Positions 25,701 through 39,163 of a stretch of 64,000 bases of DNA are shown here, piece after piece. This stretch comes from Octopus vulgaris (Eukaryota), in contig OX597830.1 in assembly GCA_951406725.2 (NCBI GenBank), forward strand, positions 46,004,001 through 46,068,000. The letters run 5' to 3'. The notes under the pieces are model-generated. The model had not been told where the DNA came from and made no database searches. It was given only the letters and a program-made list of their open reading frames with translations. Position 1 is the first letter of the stretch. Each line of letters starts with the position of its first letter. The position numbers were made by a program, and so were the translations under genes.

Positions 25701-27944
25701 TAAGCATATATGTATGTGTAATGTGTGTGTTTGTTGCGTGCGCGCAAGCATGAGTTGGTGTGACAATGTGTTTATAATGAGAGTGAAAGAAAGGCGACAA
25801 AGGAAAAGTCGGAAGACATCCTGGACCGGCGAAGGTAACACAGCCACAGCAATACAAACAAACATACAAAAGGCTGTGTAACTTTATTTGTATTAAATCC
25901 TAAGGTTAAGTTTCTGTACAAAGGAGATTCATTTGCACAAGAAATACCGCAAACATTGACATATAATAAAGCATTGATATACGTTCCTATTTGAAATTTC
26001 TGCTCCAGCTCTCTAATACCAGTTCACATATTCCACGTATGTTTGCAAATCTCTCATAGAACACACTTTATATCTTTGAAAGTTGTAGCCAATGTGGCAT
26101 TGGTATTTACTTGGAATTGTGTGCTAAGTTACAATAACAAAGAATTGTTACCCGAGTATTTAAGCCACTTGGTATCTCGGCCACCTCATACTTATATTGT
26201 GTTGTACCAAATTCCAGTTGTTTAGAGTCGTTGCTGAACCAAGTCTCGTCAATACGCTTTTACGGTTTAGCAATGGCAAACACTGTTGGATTTGGCTTCT
26301 GCGTAGTCTAGCGAGCTTCAATTCAACTAAAAGACCAATCTATTTTGCAGTGCTGCATTCTGTTCTCCACATTCTATCCTTGTTTGCGCTGGACATTTCA
26401 TGATTACAGCATCTATGAGACTGCCACGTCGTACTACAGGACTCTATCAGTTAGAGGAAGAAGGCCTCCTTTGCATTTCTTCTGCTCATTTGTCGCCATG
26501 TCCTGTTATGGAAAGCTAAAAAGACGCAACAGGATATCTCTAGGTCGCCTGCGTTAAGGCGCCCGGCTCGTCTATGTGCTGTAGTTTATACGTGAGAGAC
26601 GTGGCCACCAGGATTTTGATGAAGCGGAGAGTGATTGCGATTCAAGTGTGAGTGAACTTGAATTTTAAGCAGAGTGGAGCAGTATGCATAACGAATTTCT
26701 CTGGCACTCAAGTGTTTATGATTTATGATGGTGGTGCAGAGGTACTTGAATTGAAATCTTTTTAAGCATTTTTCCTGAAAGGTGACCGTTATGTCACCTA
26801 TAGTTAATTATCAACTTTGTTTCCTCAGCCAACATTTGCTGTAATCGCCGGAATATCGTTTTCATGTCGTCGGAATAACTTTTGCCGAGTTATCAACGTC
26901 ATTGTCCTTTGTACTGTGCACTCCTTCAGCATGTGGTCCGATCTATTCACATATGAAGTGTTCCTTGCAGAGATTAAATAACGCTGGTGAGAGGACATAT
27001 CCCAACTGTACTCTGACAGGTGCGAAGATGTGGAGTATCTCCCCATTTCAGAGATGCTACGATGAACTCTAATGTAAAGATTTTCAAACAATCTTATATC
27101 TTCTAAACTATCAAAGAATGCCGAAAAGATTGCTGCGCAACATTCAGTCGAATGTTTTATTAAATCCTCGAGCACCCGCCAAAATACCTAATTTCTTTAT
27201 TACCCACAAGAGGCTAAACATAGAGGGGACAAACAAGGACAGACATAGGTATTAAGTCGATTACATCGGCCCCAGTGCGTAACTGGTACTTAATTTATCG
27301 ACCCCGAAAGGATGAAAGGCAAAAATACGTTTGAGGCGATGTATTACGTCCACTGTCCACTTGCCAGCCATGAAGCCGCACTGCCTGTCCAAGTCTTTGC
27401 TTTTCACGATGGTATTAAGACTCTGTTGAATTCCATGCAACGCACATTCTACATTTGCCACAATCATTCTTCTTGTGAGATGTAAGTTTTATGCATAATC
27501 ACACAGAACATACACACATGCATGCATAAATACATACATATACACACACATACATACATACACACACCCGCGCGCACACGCACACATATACAAATACATC
27601 TTTGATTGTGTATATACGTTTGGATGCATATACACAAACGTGTGTTTATGCATGATTGGTGTTTGCACGTACCAGTTTGTGTGTGCACAAATATATACGA
27701 GTGTACATGCGTGCGTGTGCGTGTGTGTGTGTGTTTGCACGTGCGCACTCGTGTGTGCGTGTATGGCGAGCGAGCGAGCGCGCGTATTCGAAGGCTCGTG
27801 TGTACACACGTGTGTGGACTTGCTAACAGTACAAGCTCCAAGTAACATGTCATTAACAATGTATAAAACAGGAACACGGGGAGCCACTTCATCTGCTGTT
27901 GGTCAATATCGCTATAGAAATAAATTGCCATTTGTATATATATG

Positions 27945-28084
<140 letters not shown>

Positions 28085-28339
28085 TATCATTATTAATGAA
28101 AAATAACAATATAAGTGGTTAGCAAGCATAAAATCACCAAAAAGGTAAAATTATTAATTCATAGTCAGGGTACGCGAGAGCGCACAGCATTGCTACAAAT
28201 AAGAGTCGAAAGTTGGCATTTTATATACTCGTTTCCTCGAATCCCCCAGTGTGTAGAAGTGATTTAATGTGGTTCTTGGGTCGTTTGGACTCTTATTTCT
28301 AGCAATGCTGTGTACTATCTGTGTACTATATATATATAT

Positions 28340-29735
28340 ATTGATTTTGATTTTGATTGATTTGATTTTTCTAGTTTCAGCTAATGAGCTGCGGCCATGC
28401 TGGGGCACCGCCATTTGGTTTGCTACACGATTTTACCTCACGGATGCTTTTTAGCAAACGCCATCTGATGCACGAGAGAGTTCGATGCAGCTGCCCTCAT
28501 CTGCACCTCCTGCCGTGAAGTTGGTTCATCCGGGGCACCTGACAGGAAGAGATCCAGTCCTACTTTAAAGACATCCGCGTCTACACCATGCAGGTCCCTC
28601 AGGTTCTTCGAGAGGATATTGAAGAGCTGTGGGCCTCTGAAGCCCAGGCTATCACAATATCTTGTCCTACATCTTGATGGCAAATTTGGAGTCCTTGGTA
28701 CCACGCAGTGGCGTCCGGTTCTGGCATTTGTGTGATTCTCGATGCCAAAGTCTGGGACAAGTCCTTCCAGGATCTTCCAGATATATATTATGGCATATCT
28801 TTCTCGCCTACGCTCCAGGGAATAGAGCTTTAATCTCTTGAGTCTTTCCCAGTAGCTCATATGCTGCACAGAGGCTATCTTCTTCGTGTAGCTTCGTTGG
28901 ATCGCCTCAAGTTCTGTGATCAACTTGACACACTGGATGGTGACCATAGCTGAGAGCAATAGTCAAAGTGGCTTAGGACAAGTGTCTTCCAGAGGACCAT
29001 CATGGTTTCTTGTTCTCTTGTTCTAAAGGTTCTAAGAATCCATCTAGCCATCCGTCTACATTTCATTGCCAGTTTAGCAACATGTACATGAAAGGTCGCG
29101 TCATCACTCATGTGAATACCCAGGTCACGCACTGATTGTGCCTCTGGGATTGCAATCCCTCCGGGTCCAGTGTATTCATTGGGTATTGCATTCAGTTTTG
29201 CATGCTGATAGTATAAAGCTTGAAACTTTTCAGCATTGAACTGCATGCTATTCTTTTCAGCCCACTTGTATATTTCGTCCTGCTCACATTGCAGGTGCTT
29301 AGTGTCTTCAGGGTTCTGTATTGCCTGTGAAACTTTTGTATCGTCTGCATAACTTGTGATCGTGGCTCTCTGCGTGGCTGAGGGCATGTCAGAGAGGGCC
29401 ATTATGAACAGTAGTGGTCCCAAAACAGTGCCCTGCGGAACACCGCTCACTATTTGCGTTTTAATGGAAGTGGCCCCATTGGCTGCTACCACCTGACTTC
29501 TATTCTTCAGAAAGTCATGAAGCCATTCTCCCAATTTTCCAACTATGCCAAGATCACGCAGTTTGCAAAGTCGAGATATATGACTTCCACATTTGAGTGG
29601 TTGAGCAGTTGTTTCAGCACCCAGTCATAGTGTTGTAGGAGCTGAGTTAAGCAGCTTCTTCCTGGTCGGAAACCATGTTGGGTGTCGGGCAGCAAGTCAT
29701 TTTCTTCAAGGAAGGTGATTAGTTTCCTTCTGACT
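28340..29735 (-). mobile_element. CR1/L2-group LINE, 5'-truncated (RT and 3' tail)
   Basis: SGVPQGTVLGPLLFI, YADDTK, LYSLERRRERY; one frameshift; 3' tail with (atcaa)-like repeats. Confidence 0.92.
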
Positions 29736-29740
29736 ATTCT

Positions 29741-29802
<62 letters not shown>

Positions 29803-29927
29803 TAAAAACTTACTTGGAGAAATAAGAAAGTGACGCGAGGCGTTCAATCATATAATAACAATTTAACAAATAAAACATATGCATACATACATATATGTAC
29901 ATACCTACATCTATATGTATATATACA

Positions 29928-30001
<74 letters not shown>

Positions 30002-30177
30002 TACAGGATACCACAAAAAAACGTAGAACACAACGAGAAACGAAAACATAAAAACAAAAAAGGAAACGGACTTTCTATAACAACGAAAAAACAGAGTACA
30101 AGACAAACAATACAAGGAATATTCCCCTTCATCAGCTGCCCCTGGTTCGACTCAATGCGTGTTTCGAAGGTAAATAT

Positions 30178-30879
30178 ATATATGGCGACAAAGTGCAGAC
30201 GACTGGCTGGGTGGATCCTAAGAACATTCAGAACCAGAGATAAGGAAACCATGATGGTCCTCTGGCGGACATTCGTCCTCAGTCGCCTGGATTACTGCTC
30301 ACAGCTATGGTCACCCACCAGTGTAAAATTAACAGCGGACCTTGAAGCAATCCAGAGAAGATTCACAAAGAAGGTCGTCTCTTTGCAACAGCTCAGCTAC
30401 TGGGAAAGGTTGAAACAGCTAAGACTCTACTCCCTGGAGAGAAGACGGGAGAGGTATGCAGTAATATATGTCTGGAAGATCCTGGAACGAATTGTGCCAA
30501 ATTTTGGCATTGTAAGCTACACCAATGCTAGAACGGGACGACACTGCATAGTGCCAAAGATCCCAGCAATGCCATCACGCTTCAGGACCAGCTTCTGCAA
30601 CAGCCTGGGTTTCAAGGGCCCACAGCTTTTTAATATTCTCCCAAAGAGTCTGAGGAACTTGCACAAAGTAGATGTAGCGGTTTTTAAATCAAAGCTGGAC
30701 ATCTTCCTGTCAAGAGTCCCAGATGAACCTACCTCACGGCAAGAGGTGCAAATGAGAGTAGCTATATCAAACTCCATTCTTCACCAAGTGCCACATGTTA
30801 GACGAGGTTCGTCGCAATAACAGCGTAGCACAAAACGGCGGTGCATCAGCATGGCCGCATCTCTGAGCTGAAACTAGAA

Positions 30880-30885
<6 letters not shown>
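30178..30885 (+). mobile_element. CR1/L2-group LINE 3' fragment
   Basis: Open C-terminal ORF2 (ILRTFRTRD...LDYCSQLWSP...LYSLERRRERY) and the same tail motif. Confidence 0.92.
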
Positions 30886-30910
<25 letters not shown>

Positions 30911-30923
30911 CACATACACATGT

Positions 30924-31505
30924 CTCTTAAGATCACAGTCCGTATTCCTGGAATGATTACAGCGTTGTCCGTAGTATCCATGGGCATCAGGGAGACCGTC
31001 TTCATGGAAACAAGCCAACCAAATTTTAGGATGCTATACACCATACCATTATACCACCAGAAACAATTAAAAGGCCACTCTAAGAAAGTATCATTCATAA
31101 ATTCAGACAATGGACTCCTACAGTTGATGGCTGTGGTGGCTGTAGCTGCTGACCATTTTGGCTTTAGAATTCCTTAAAGATAGTCATGCCTTGGATGAGA
31201 TGGAACAAAGCAATGTGTTACCCATCCTTGACATCTGCAGACTGAATAGCAAAATAAGTCCAACATCACCATGTACACCTCCTTCCTCGCTTTCCATTAC
31301 ATTCCCCTTCCTCCCACCAAATTCATACAGAAATACAGAAATAATCTTGTTGCTGGTCAAAAGTGATAAACATCCCTCTAGTAAACATCCATTAATGTTA
31401 TAATCGCCTGAAGAAATGGATCCATGAAGATAATCTGGCCGGTGTCCATGGATACCATGGACCACACTGTAATCCTCCCAAGAATATGGACTGTGATCTT
31501 AAGAG
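30924..31505. mobile_element. MITE-like non-autonomous DNA transposon
   Basis: Imperfect ~70-bp terminal inverted repeats ctcttaagatcacagtcc... / ...ggactgtgatcttaagag, containing TTAA. Confidence 0.7.
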
Positions 31506-31710
31506 TTATGTGATTTGTGGAAACCTGTGTAGCGACGCATTAAATGTTTATAAATTCCATCCAAGGATTATTATATTAGTCTTACATTATATTGGTACAG
31601 CTTGGTGCCACCCAAGAAACTGGTTCACCAGCATCATTACACTGTAGCCGGCATAATGGAGTAGGAGGTCTATTTGCATATTCAAAACGCTTCCCGTGAA
31701 CAAATTTAAA

Positions 31711-31790
<80 letters not shown>

Positions 31791-32617
31791 ACACATATAC
31801 GCATATAGTTTATTACATTATGTATTTATATGTGTGTGTGCGTGTTTATATACATAAATATATACATGAATAGATATATATTTATGTATATATGTGTGCA
31901 TATATAGGTGTATATATATACATGCATATATATATACACACACACATACATACATACATACATACAGACATACATACATATATACATACATAAATACATA
32001 CATACATGCATATATATATATATATATATGTAAGGCTTGCAATATAATGATTAGGGCGTGATAGATCGGAGTCCCATGGAGCTATGGTGGAGACCCCATG
32101 AATATTAGCCGGTGCCCCTTCTTCCCCACCACTCATTTTCGGACAACCTCCCTTCCCACCACTTTGAAACTCCAAAGCAGTCTTTCACCCTAACAAAAAA
32201 TCTCTCTGCATAAACAAATGCACACACACACACACACACATTTGAGATAATGTGCTCTTAGATAATTAGTGAAGTAGGCATGGTCGGAACGCCTTCAATT
32301 ACAGGGCCGTTCAATCATGGCTGACCTTGTGAATGAATAACAATAGAACAACGAGTTCGGACATGTCATGTATATCCTGATATAAGTCTTATTTGTCGAT
32401 TTTCTCTACGCTTCACTGAAACCATCCGTTGTCATGGCAATGAACTAGATAGATGGGTATTTTTTCTTTCTCTTTTGATCTCTTCCAGTGAAGACAACTA
32501 AGCAAATTGGTGAATTCATCAAAAAGTAGTCTTATCGACTTTTAATGAACATACTGTGAGTATTATATTTAACTGTTATATACATATGCATATACATACA
32601 CATATATAAATATATTG

Positions 32618-32648
<31 letters not shown>

Positions 32649-32699
32649 GTTTCGGTTCAGGTTCGGTCTTATTCCTTGTAGGATTTATATGGGTAGCGA

Positions 32700-34549
32700 A
32701 TTACTACCTGTAACCTTAGGTATCCACAAGTTTTCAGCTCCCTTTCAAGTGCTTAGAACTCTCCTGATAATCCTTGTTGTTCCTAAGAGACAAACTTTCG
32801 GCAGGAGCTCTACCAAGTAGCCTATTCCAATCTCCTTCAGCCATTTGTCTATATCTTTCCTTACTCTTCCCAACACACCAATTATTGTAGGTACAACCCT
32901 TACTGTTTTCATGCTCCAAATTCTTTCTATTTCGAATTTTAAGGGATTGTATTGTTTTTGTTTTTCTTCCTCTTTCTTTGTGATTCTGAATTCAAAGAGG
33001 CATGGTGGGTCGATAAGTAAGCAACTTCGCTTTTCCTTATCTATAATTGTTATGTCCGGTCTATTATTTTCTAACTTGTCCGTTTGAATAGGGAAGTCGC
33101 ACGAAATCTTACGTTTCTCCGCCTCTTTCGCCTCTAGTACTCTTTCGACACGGTTATTGTATTATGTGTTTCCAGCTTCAAACCCCCATTCCTGGGGATT
33201 TGAAAACTTTTCTGTAAAACTTTTACAACCTGGTCGTGCCTCTATTATTATTACTATTATTATTGCTATTGTCATATTATTATCATTATTGAATGAGAGA
33301 GTAGTGCATGCCATCAAAGTGACACTGGGGTATAAATATACGAAGTCCAATATACCCATCATGATTACCCGTCTGATAAGGGTACACCAGGCACATGTAT
33401 CACAACCGTATATGAGCGACATGGTGATCTCATATCAAAATAAACAGCACATGACTTTGCAGGTGGGGCCCAGTTAGAGTTTTCTTCTGGCCGAGTATCT
33501 CATCCCACTCAAAAGGTCCTTGAGTAAGGGTCATTTTAGGATGATGAATGAAACACCCATGTTTCCAGTGGTAAATTATTCAAACTCCAAAGAATTCCCC
33601 TCATCATATGGCTATGATGTTCCCTCACTACTCTGGCTAGTGATCAGAGATGCACATTTCACCAGACACTAGGGGATATGCTCAACTGGTTATGGTCAAA
33701 CAACTGACAAGCAAATTTGTGGTATTGAGAGAATATTTGCCCATCTTTTATACCAGAACAAAACATGTACATGATAATACTTCCAATCAGTTAAGACCAA
33801 AAGCCACGTGAACCAGTGCCTGGCACTGCATCAAGGCATTTATTATTATTATTATTATTTTTTTTTTTCATTTATTTTTTCCCCTTCTTTCTTCAAATTT
33901 TCTTCCATTTCTCGCCGAGTGTATTCCGTACACCTAGGGCATTGTATGCATTCCCAGATTACACACGCAAATTCACAGGTAAAATATCTATTTAAAAAAT
34001 GAATAAATATATAAATTCATGAATGGATGTTGTTTTCACAGCGATAATGCTCTTCTCAGTCCATGAGTCGTTCCTGTTAGCACGATTTGTTGCAGTTCGT
34101 GTAGGGATGGTAAGACTGGTATCATTTTGAAATAGGTTTCAGTACCTTTTTTTTATCATTCCTAGAGATCCTACAATCACTGGTACTGTAGTCGCCTTGA
34201 GATGCCACATTTTTTTCAGTTTCTATTAGCAAGTCTTTATATTTACTGATCTTGTCAAATTCTTTCGCCGCTATATTGTGATCGCAAGGAATACTCATGC
34301 CATTTAATAAACACACCTTTTTTTGTCTGATATTTTATAATATCCGGTTTATTACCTTTTATAGTTTTGTCAGCATGTACGGGGAAGTCCCAGAGAAACG
34401 ACACATTTTCTCCCTCAGTCACAGCTTCAGGATGGTGTTTATACCATTTGTCAGCGGTTTTGATTTTATAATGCCGACATATTGTCCAGTGTAAATACTG
34501 GCCGACTCTGTCATGTCTTGCTTTCTTCTTCTTCTTCTTCTTCTTCTTC

Positions 34550-34616
<67 letters not shown>

Positions 34617-35190
34617 TACTACTACTACTACTATTTTATTGTCTTTGCACAGCTTCTAACGCTGAGATGTACTACGGTGTCAGCTGTTCACTACCAGTGA
34701 ACTAAAGTAACACCTCTTATTTTTCGACCACCATCCAGAGTATTCGAGCGTTTCCAAGCACTGCTGTTTTCTGCAAGTGCTCCACCCTTATTGCTGCCCC
34801 TATTTATTCCATGTACTTCTCAAGATTTTTACTCACTGTTCCCAGGGCTTCGACAGTTATGGGTACTACTGCCACCTTTTTCAGTGACCACAACTACTTA
34901 ATCTCCCAAGCTAACCTCTCACATCTATCGACTTTTCTTTCTTCTTTGTCACATACCTTGTTGTCAGCTGGGCATGCTATACCTATGATCCAGCATAGTT
35001 TGTTTTCTTTCTCAATTAACACTATGTCTGGCTTCCTAATCGCACTGAATCATAAAATTCCATAGAATCTTTGCATTATCATTTTCGATAATGCCTTCGG
35101 ATTTACGTTCGTACCACTTATTTGTTCTGTTAAGTCCGAACATGTTGCAAAGTGTCCGTTGGACAATTCTTGCTATATTGTAGTTATACG
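32700..35190 (-). mobile_element. Cluster of three degenerate R4/Dong-like (RLE) non-LTR 3' fragments plus an unrelated SINE-like insert
   Basis: Repeated PD-(D/E)xK-type motifs (KPDIVLIEKENKLCWII.IACP...VVPI...ALG) at ~32700-33160, 34040-34500 and 34630-35190. Confidence 0.7.
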
Positions 35191-35809
35191 ATGATAATTT
35201 AGCGGTTTGTGGTCCATTCCGTAGTTTAATTCATCTTTTGTTGCCAACTGGAAGATTGGTGGGAAAAGGAAAAGAAGAAAGCGTAAGAGAGTCTACCTCT
35301 CTGGGCTGACAAATAGATGGAGAGAAGGTTTTATTGTCGTGCGATGACTATCCGTAAGTGAAGGGAGAGAAATGCTCTTCGACTACGTGCCAAGTGACAG
35401 AACTGATTTGGGGTTCCGTATTTATATTTTTTCTAACTAAATTACTGTCAGGCGAGACAAAGAATTTTCCGTTTCTTAACTGTCTGAACTCTATTTCACC
35501 TAAGAATGCTAACTTAAACAATAGAATTTAATCAACTGTAACTATTGACTCTCGTAAATTTCTAAGAGCTAAAGGTGAAAATACCTGGAACATAACTTGT
35601 AGAAAAATGTAGATTCGGTTTCGAATCCTGTTTTAAATTCTAGGAAGCTGTTCGTTATACATGCATACATACATACGAACACACGTACATGCATACATAC
35701 ATAATTATCCGAATGCGGACAGGACTATGGAGTTACTTATGAAAATGTCCAGAACAATAACCAACCATTTATATTCGTTATGGTTACTTTTACAGGCCTG
35801 AACAGCGTG

Positions 35810-35871
<62 letters not shown>

Positions 35872-36402
35872 TATCAGTGTGTGTGTTAATACAAAGTATG
35901 GGGGGGGTTAGTTCACAGGTCATCAAAAACGATTAGGTATACTAGGTAAGTGCTGTAACGGATTACTAAGGCTCCAAGGTTGTAGCCGAGAGGAAATATA
36001 AATAAACAAACAAACAAATAAATAAATAAATAAATAAATAAATAAATGAATAAATAAATAAATAAATAAATAAATAAATACACATACACAGTGTTTAGGC
36101 TAAATTTGATAGTTTGCATAAAAGAAAAACGCAATATCCTACCCCAAAATTCCTCGACAGAACGGCAAGCTGCAGAATTGTTAGCATGCCGGACCAAATG
36201 CTTAGCGGTATTTCGTCCGTCTTTCCATTCTGAGTTCAATTTCCACCAAGATTCACTTTGCCTTTCGTCCCTTTCGACATTGATAAAATGAGTACCAACT
36301 GAACTCGGTGGTAGATACAATCGATTTACTCCACTCCCCGAAATTGTTCATCCTGTGCCAACATTTGAAACTAATATAATGAAATGCCTTTATATTTATT
36401 AG

Positions 36403-36446
36403 ATACCCGGATGAAAAAGACAGCGATGTCCAACTTGGTTATTCAG
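36403..36446 (+). CDS. Candidate upstream NWD micro-exon A (44 nt)
   Basis: ttag| ... TTCAG|gtaac; can be chained in frame with micro-exons B and C. Confidence 0.4.
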
Positions 36447-36753
36447 GTAACAATAATCTTTAAATTTCTGAATGTCTGAGACAAACAGTTGTTTGTAGGA
36501 TTATCATTTTACTAAATATTAACCTAATCTGAAAGATCTCTTTTTTTTTTTTTTAACATTTCTAACTTTGCAGATTTAAAAAAAAAAAGTAATGGACGAA
36601 GATAATAATCCGATACATTGTATTTGTTTTAATAATCTTCTTTTTTTTTTTTTTGTGACATCGCAATTCACGCAACAATATGTTTATATTTCTTGTTAAT
36701 TATTGAATCAGATATGAAATTTTCTGAAATGAGTGTTTGAATATTTTAATTAG

Positions 36754-36797
36754 GGAGCTCCAGTTCCTGTGAAGTCGGATCAGAAAAAAACTTCCAG
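36754..36797 (+). CDS. Candidate upstream NWD micro-exon B (44 nt)
   Basis: ttag| GAPVPVKSDQKKTS CCAG|gtaaa. Confidence 0.4.
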
Positions 36798-37353
36798 GTA
36801 AAATCCATTTTTTATATACAGTTCTGCTCTGGTTCATACAATATAAGGAATTAATTTTCATTAGGAAATCTACTTGTGTATCAATACGATGGAATTATTC
36901 CTATTATCAGATTTAATAATCGGTACGCTGAAGTTTGAGAAGAAAATATGTGAGGAAAAGGAATATCTGGCCGTTTAACGGAATTAGAATGTTTTACAGG
37001 ATTTGTGAAAGCAACGCACAATTCAGCTGTATGACAGGAGTTATAAGAATGAGTATCTGTGGTAATTGTAATGGTAAGGTCTCTAACATGACGCAAGACA
37101 ATAGGAATATTTACGCTCACACATAGATATTTATGTTTTTCTAAGATCAAATGGCTGTTATTTAACCTAATATCAATACCATTCACTTAATTTAGGAAAC
37201 GTCTCATAGTTAATATACACAGATCGACACAAATGGAAATATTAATCTTGGAAGTATAAACTTTCAACCAGTTAATTCTGCGATCATAATTCACTTAGTC
37301 ACATCTTGCTTTTGGAAATGTCGTGGTTTTCCATTTCCTCTTCCTTCAAAACA

Positions 37354-38364
37354 CAGGGTGGAGCAAAGAGGACGGACGTTTTTGAAATGGCTATTATTCA
37401 GCCCCAGAGGGAGGAACACATGTCCGATAGGTACCATTCGGTCCGTAGTGTCTTAGCATTTTATTTTTTCATTTCAGGTGAAGCCATTGCGCTGTGGACG
37501 ATAGAGCATCGCTTACGACAGTTACGTGAAGAATGACGAGTTTCGGCACTACTTCAACATTCACTGAAATCAGGCTGTTCCCACCTGTAACACAATCTTA
37601 CGTTGGGCGAATGCACTTTGTATACGAAATAAACTAATGAATAGGAGGCCGGTGGGGGCGTCACAAACGGTACAGACCCCGGAAAATGTGGAACGCATCA
37701 GATAAGCTTTGATATGGAGTCTGAATCACTCTGCTCGGAGGCATTCCTCTGAAATTGGCATCGGTAATCGATTGATATTTTGCATGAAGACCTGCATTTC
37801 CACCCATACAAATTGGTCATTGGGCAACATTTGAAACCATGGGACTATGCACAGCGGCTTAACTTCGCACATCAGATGGAAGCAATTTATGAAGCAAATG
37901 ACAACCTCGTTTTGTTAATGAGTGATGAAGCTCATTTTCATCTTAATGGCATGGTGAATCAACAGAACTGTCATTGTTGGTCTCTTGAAAATCTAAGAGA
38001 ACCGCATGCAAGACCACTGCACATGCCAAAAGTGACAGTCTGGTGGGCTATTGGAAAAGCTGCCGTCATAGTTCCTTACTTTTTTTGAAGACAATAATGG
38101 AAATGCTGTTACTGTGAACTCCGAGTATTACATCGAGATGATAAACAACTTCTTTATGACTGAATTATGACGAAAACGTATGCCTATTCAACGTGTATGG
38201 TTTCAGCAGGATGGGGTGACGGCCCACTCAACCAGAGCATCAGTGAACATTCTTTGACCTCTCTTCAGTGACCGCCTCATTTCCTGGTTTGCTGACATTC
38301 CTTGGCTTCCCTCAGTACCCTGATTTGTCCATGTGTGATTATTTCTTATAGGGAAACCTCAAGA

Positions 38365-38425
<61 letters not shown>

Positions 38426-38716
38426 GTGCGCATAAGTCCTGTACATTGGACAATTTGAAGGAGCTATTCATGTGGAAGTCGCCCAACTCGACAGAGCAAT
38501 GTTGGAGAGAGTGGAGGCCAACTTCCAAGAACGCCTTCAGAAATGCATCAATGAACAGACACCACATGATGGATGTTGTTTTCCACCCTTGATTTTAACA
38601 AATGCTAATTCAATACAAACACATTGATGTCAATAAAATTTGTTTGTAGCTAAAAATTAATGATTTTGTGATTTTGTGAATTTTTCAAAAAAGCCCGTCC
38701 TCTCTGCTCCACCCTG
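37354..38716 (+). mobile_element. Decayed Tc1/mariner transposon, DD41D (rosa-like) family
   Basis: TIRs cagggtggagcaaagaggacgg / ccgtcctctctgctccaccctg|ta; transposase remnants MSDEAHFHLNG.VN.QN, WFQQDG..AH, PDLSMCDYFL with 41 residues between D2 and D3 after correcting one frameshift; stops and a (GT)n insertion. Confidence 0.9.
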
Positions 38717-38839
38717 TACTCAACATAGAAATATATATATAAATTATTTAGATTAGTGGTTTCCATCTTGGAGTCTACAGACCCCTGGTGGTCTGCAAAG
38801 GTAGTACTGGAGGTCCGTGAACTAAATTCAAAATTTCAG

Positions 38840-38934
<95 letters not shown>

Positions 38935-39120
38935 TGACAGCTAAATTCACGACTTTTTTTTTTATTCTTAGTTTATTTTCTCGTATTCCTTTCTGCTGAA
39001 GAGCATAAGCTCGAAACATAAAATACTTTATCACTTTCCCGAGCATTAAACAACGCCTGCTTGTTGTTGATACGCATGTCTTCCTCTAATGTTTTTCTCT
39101 AAATTTCAACTATATACATA

Positions 39121-39163
<43 letters not shown>

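Noticed and set aside
24970-25881. Long MYVC/HTYI-repeat ORFs (also 9612-9921, 27464-28129, 47119-48992, 61475-62218)
   Set aside because: (TATG)n, (TG)n, (TA)n and (GATA)n repeats lack stop codons in some frames; not genes.
29879-30820. 313-aa ORF as a host gene
   Set aside because: Chance fusion of (TA)n, a PLE-like relic and the C-terminus of a LINE ORF2.
36574-36619. Candidate NWD exon containing MDEDNNPIH
   Set aside because: As written (46 nt, 11-A run) all three entry phases hit a stop and the donor is weak. It would need a homopolymer error or use as a start exon, which I cannot test.
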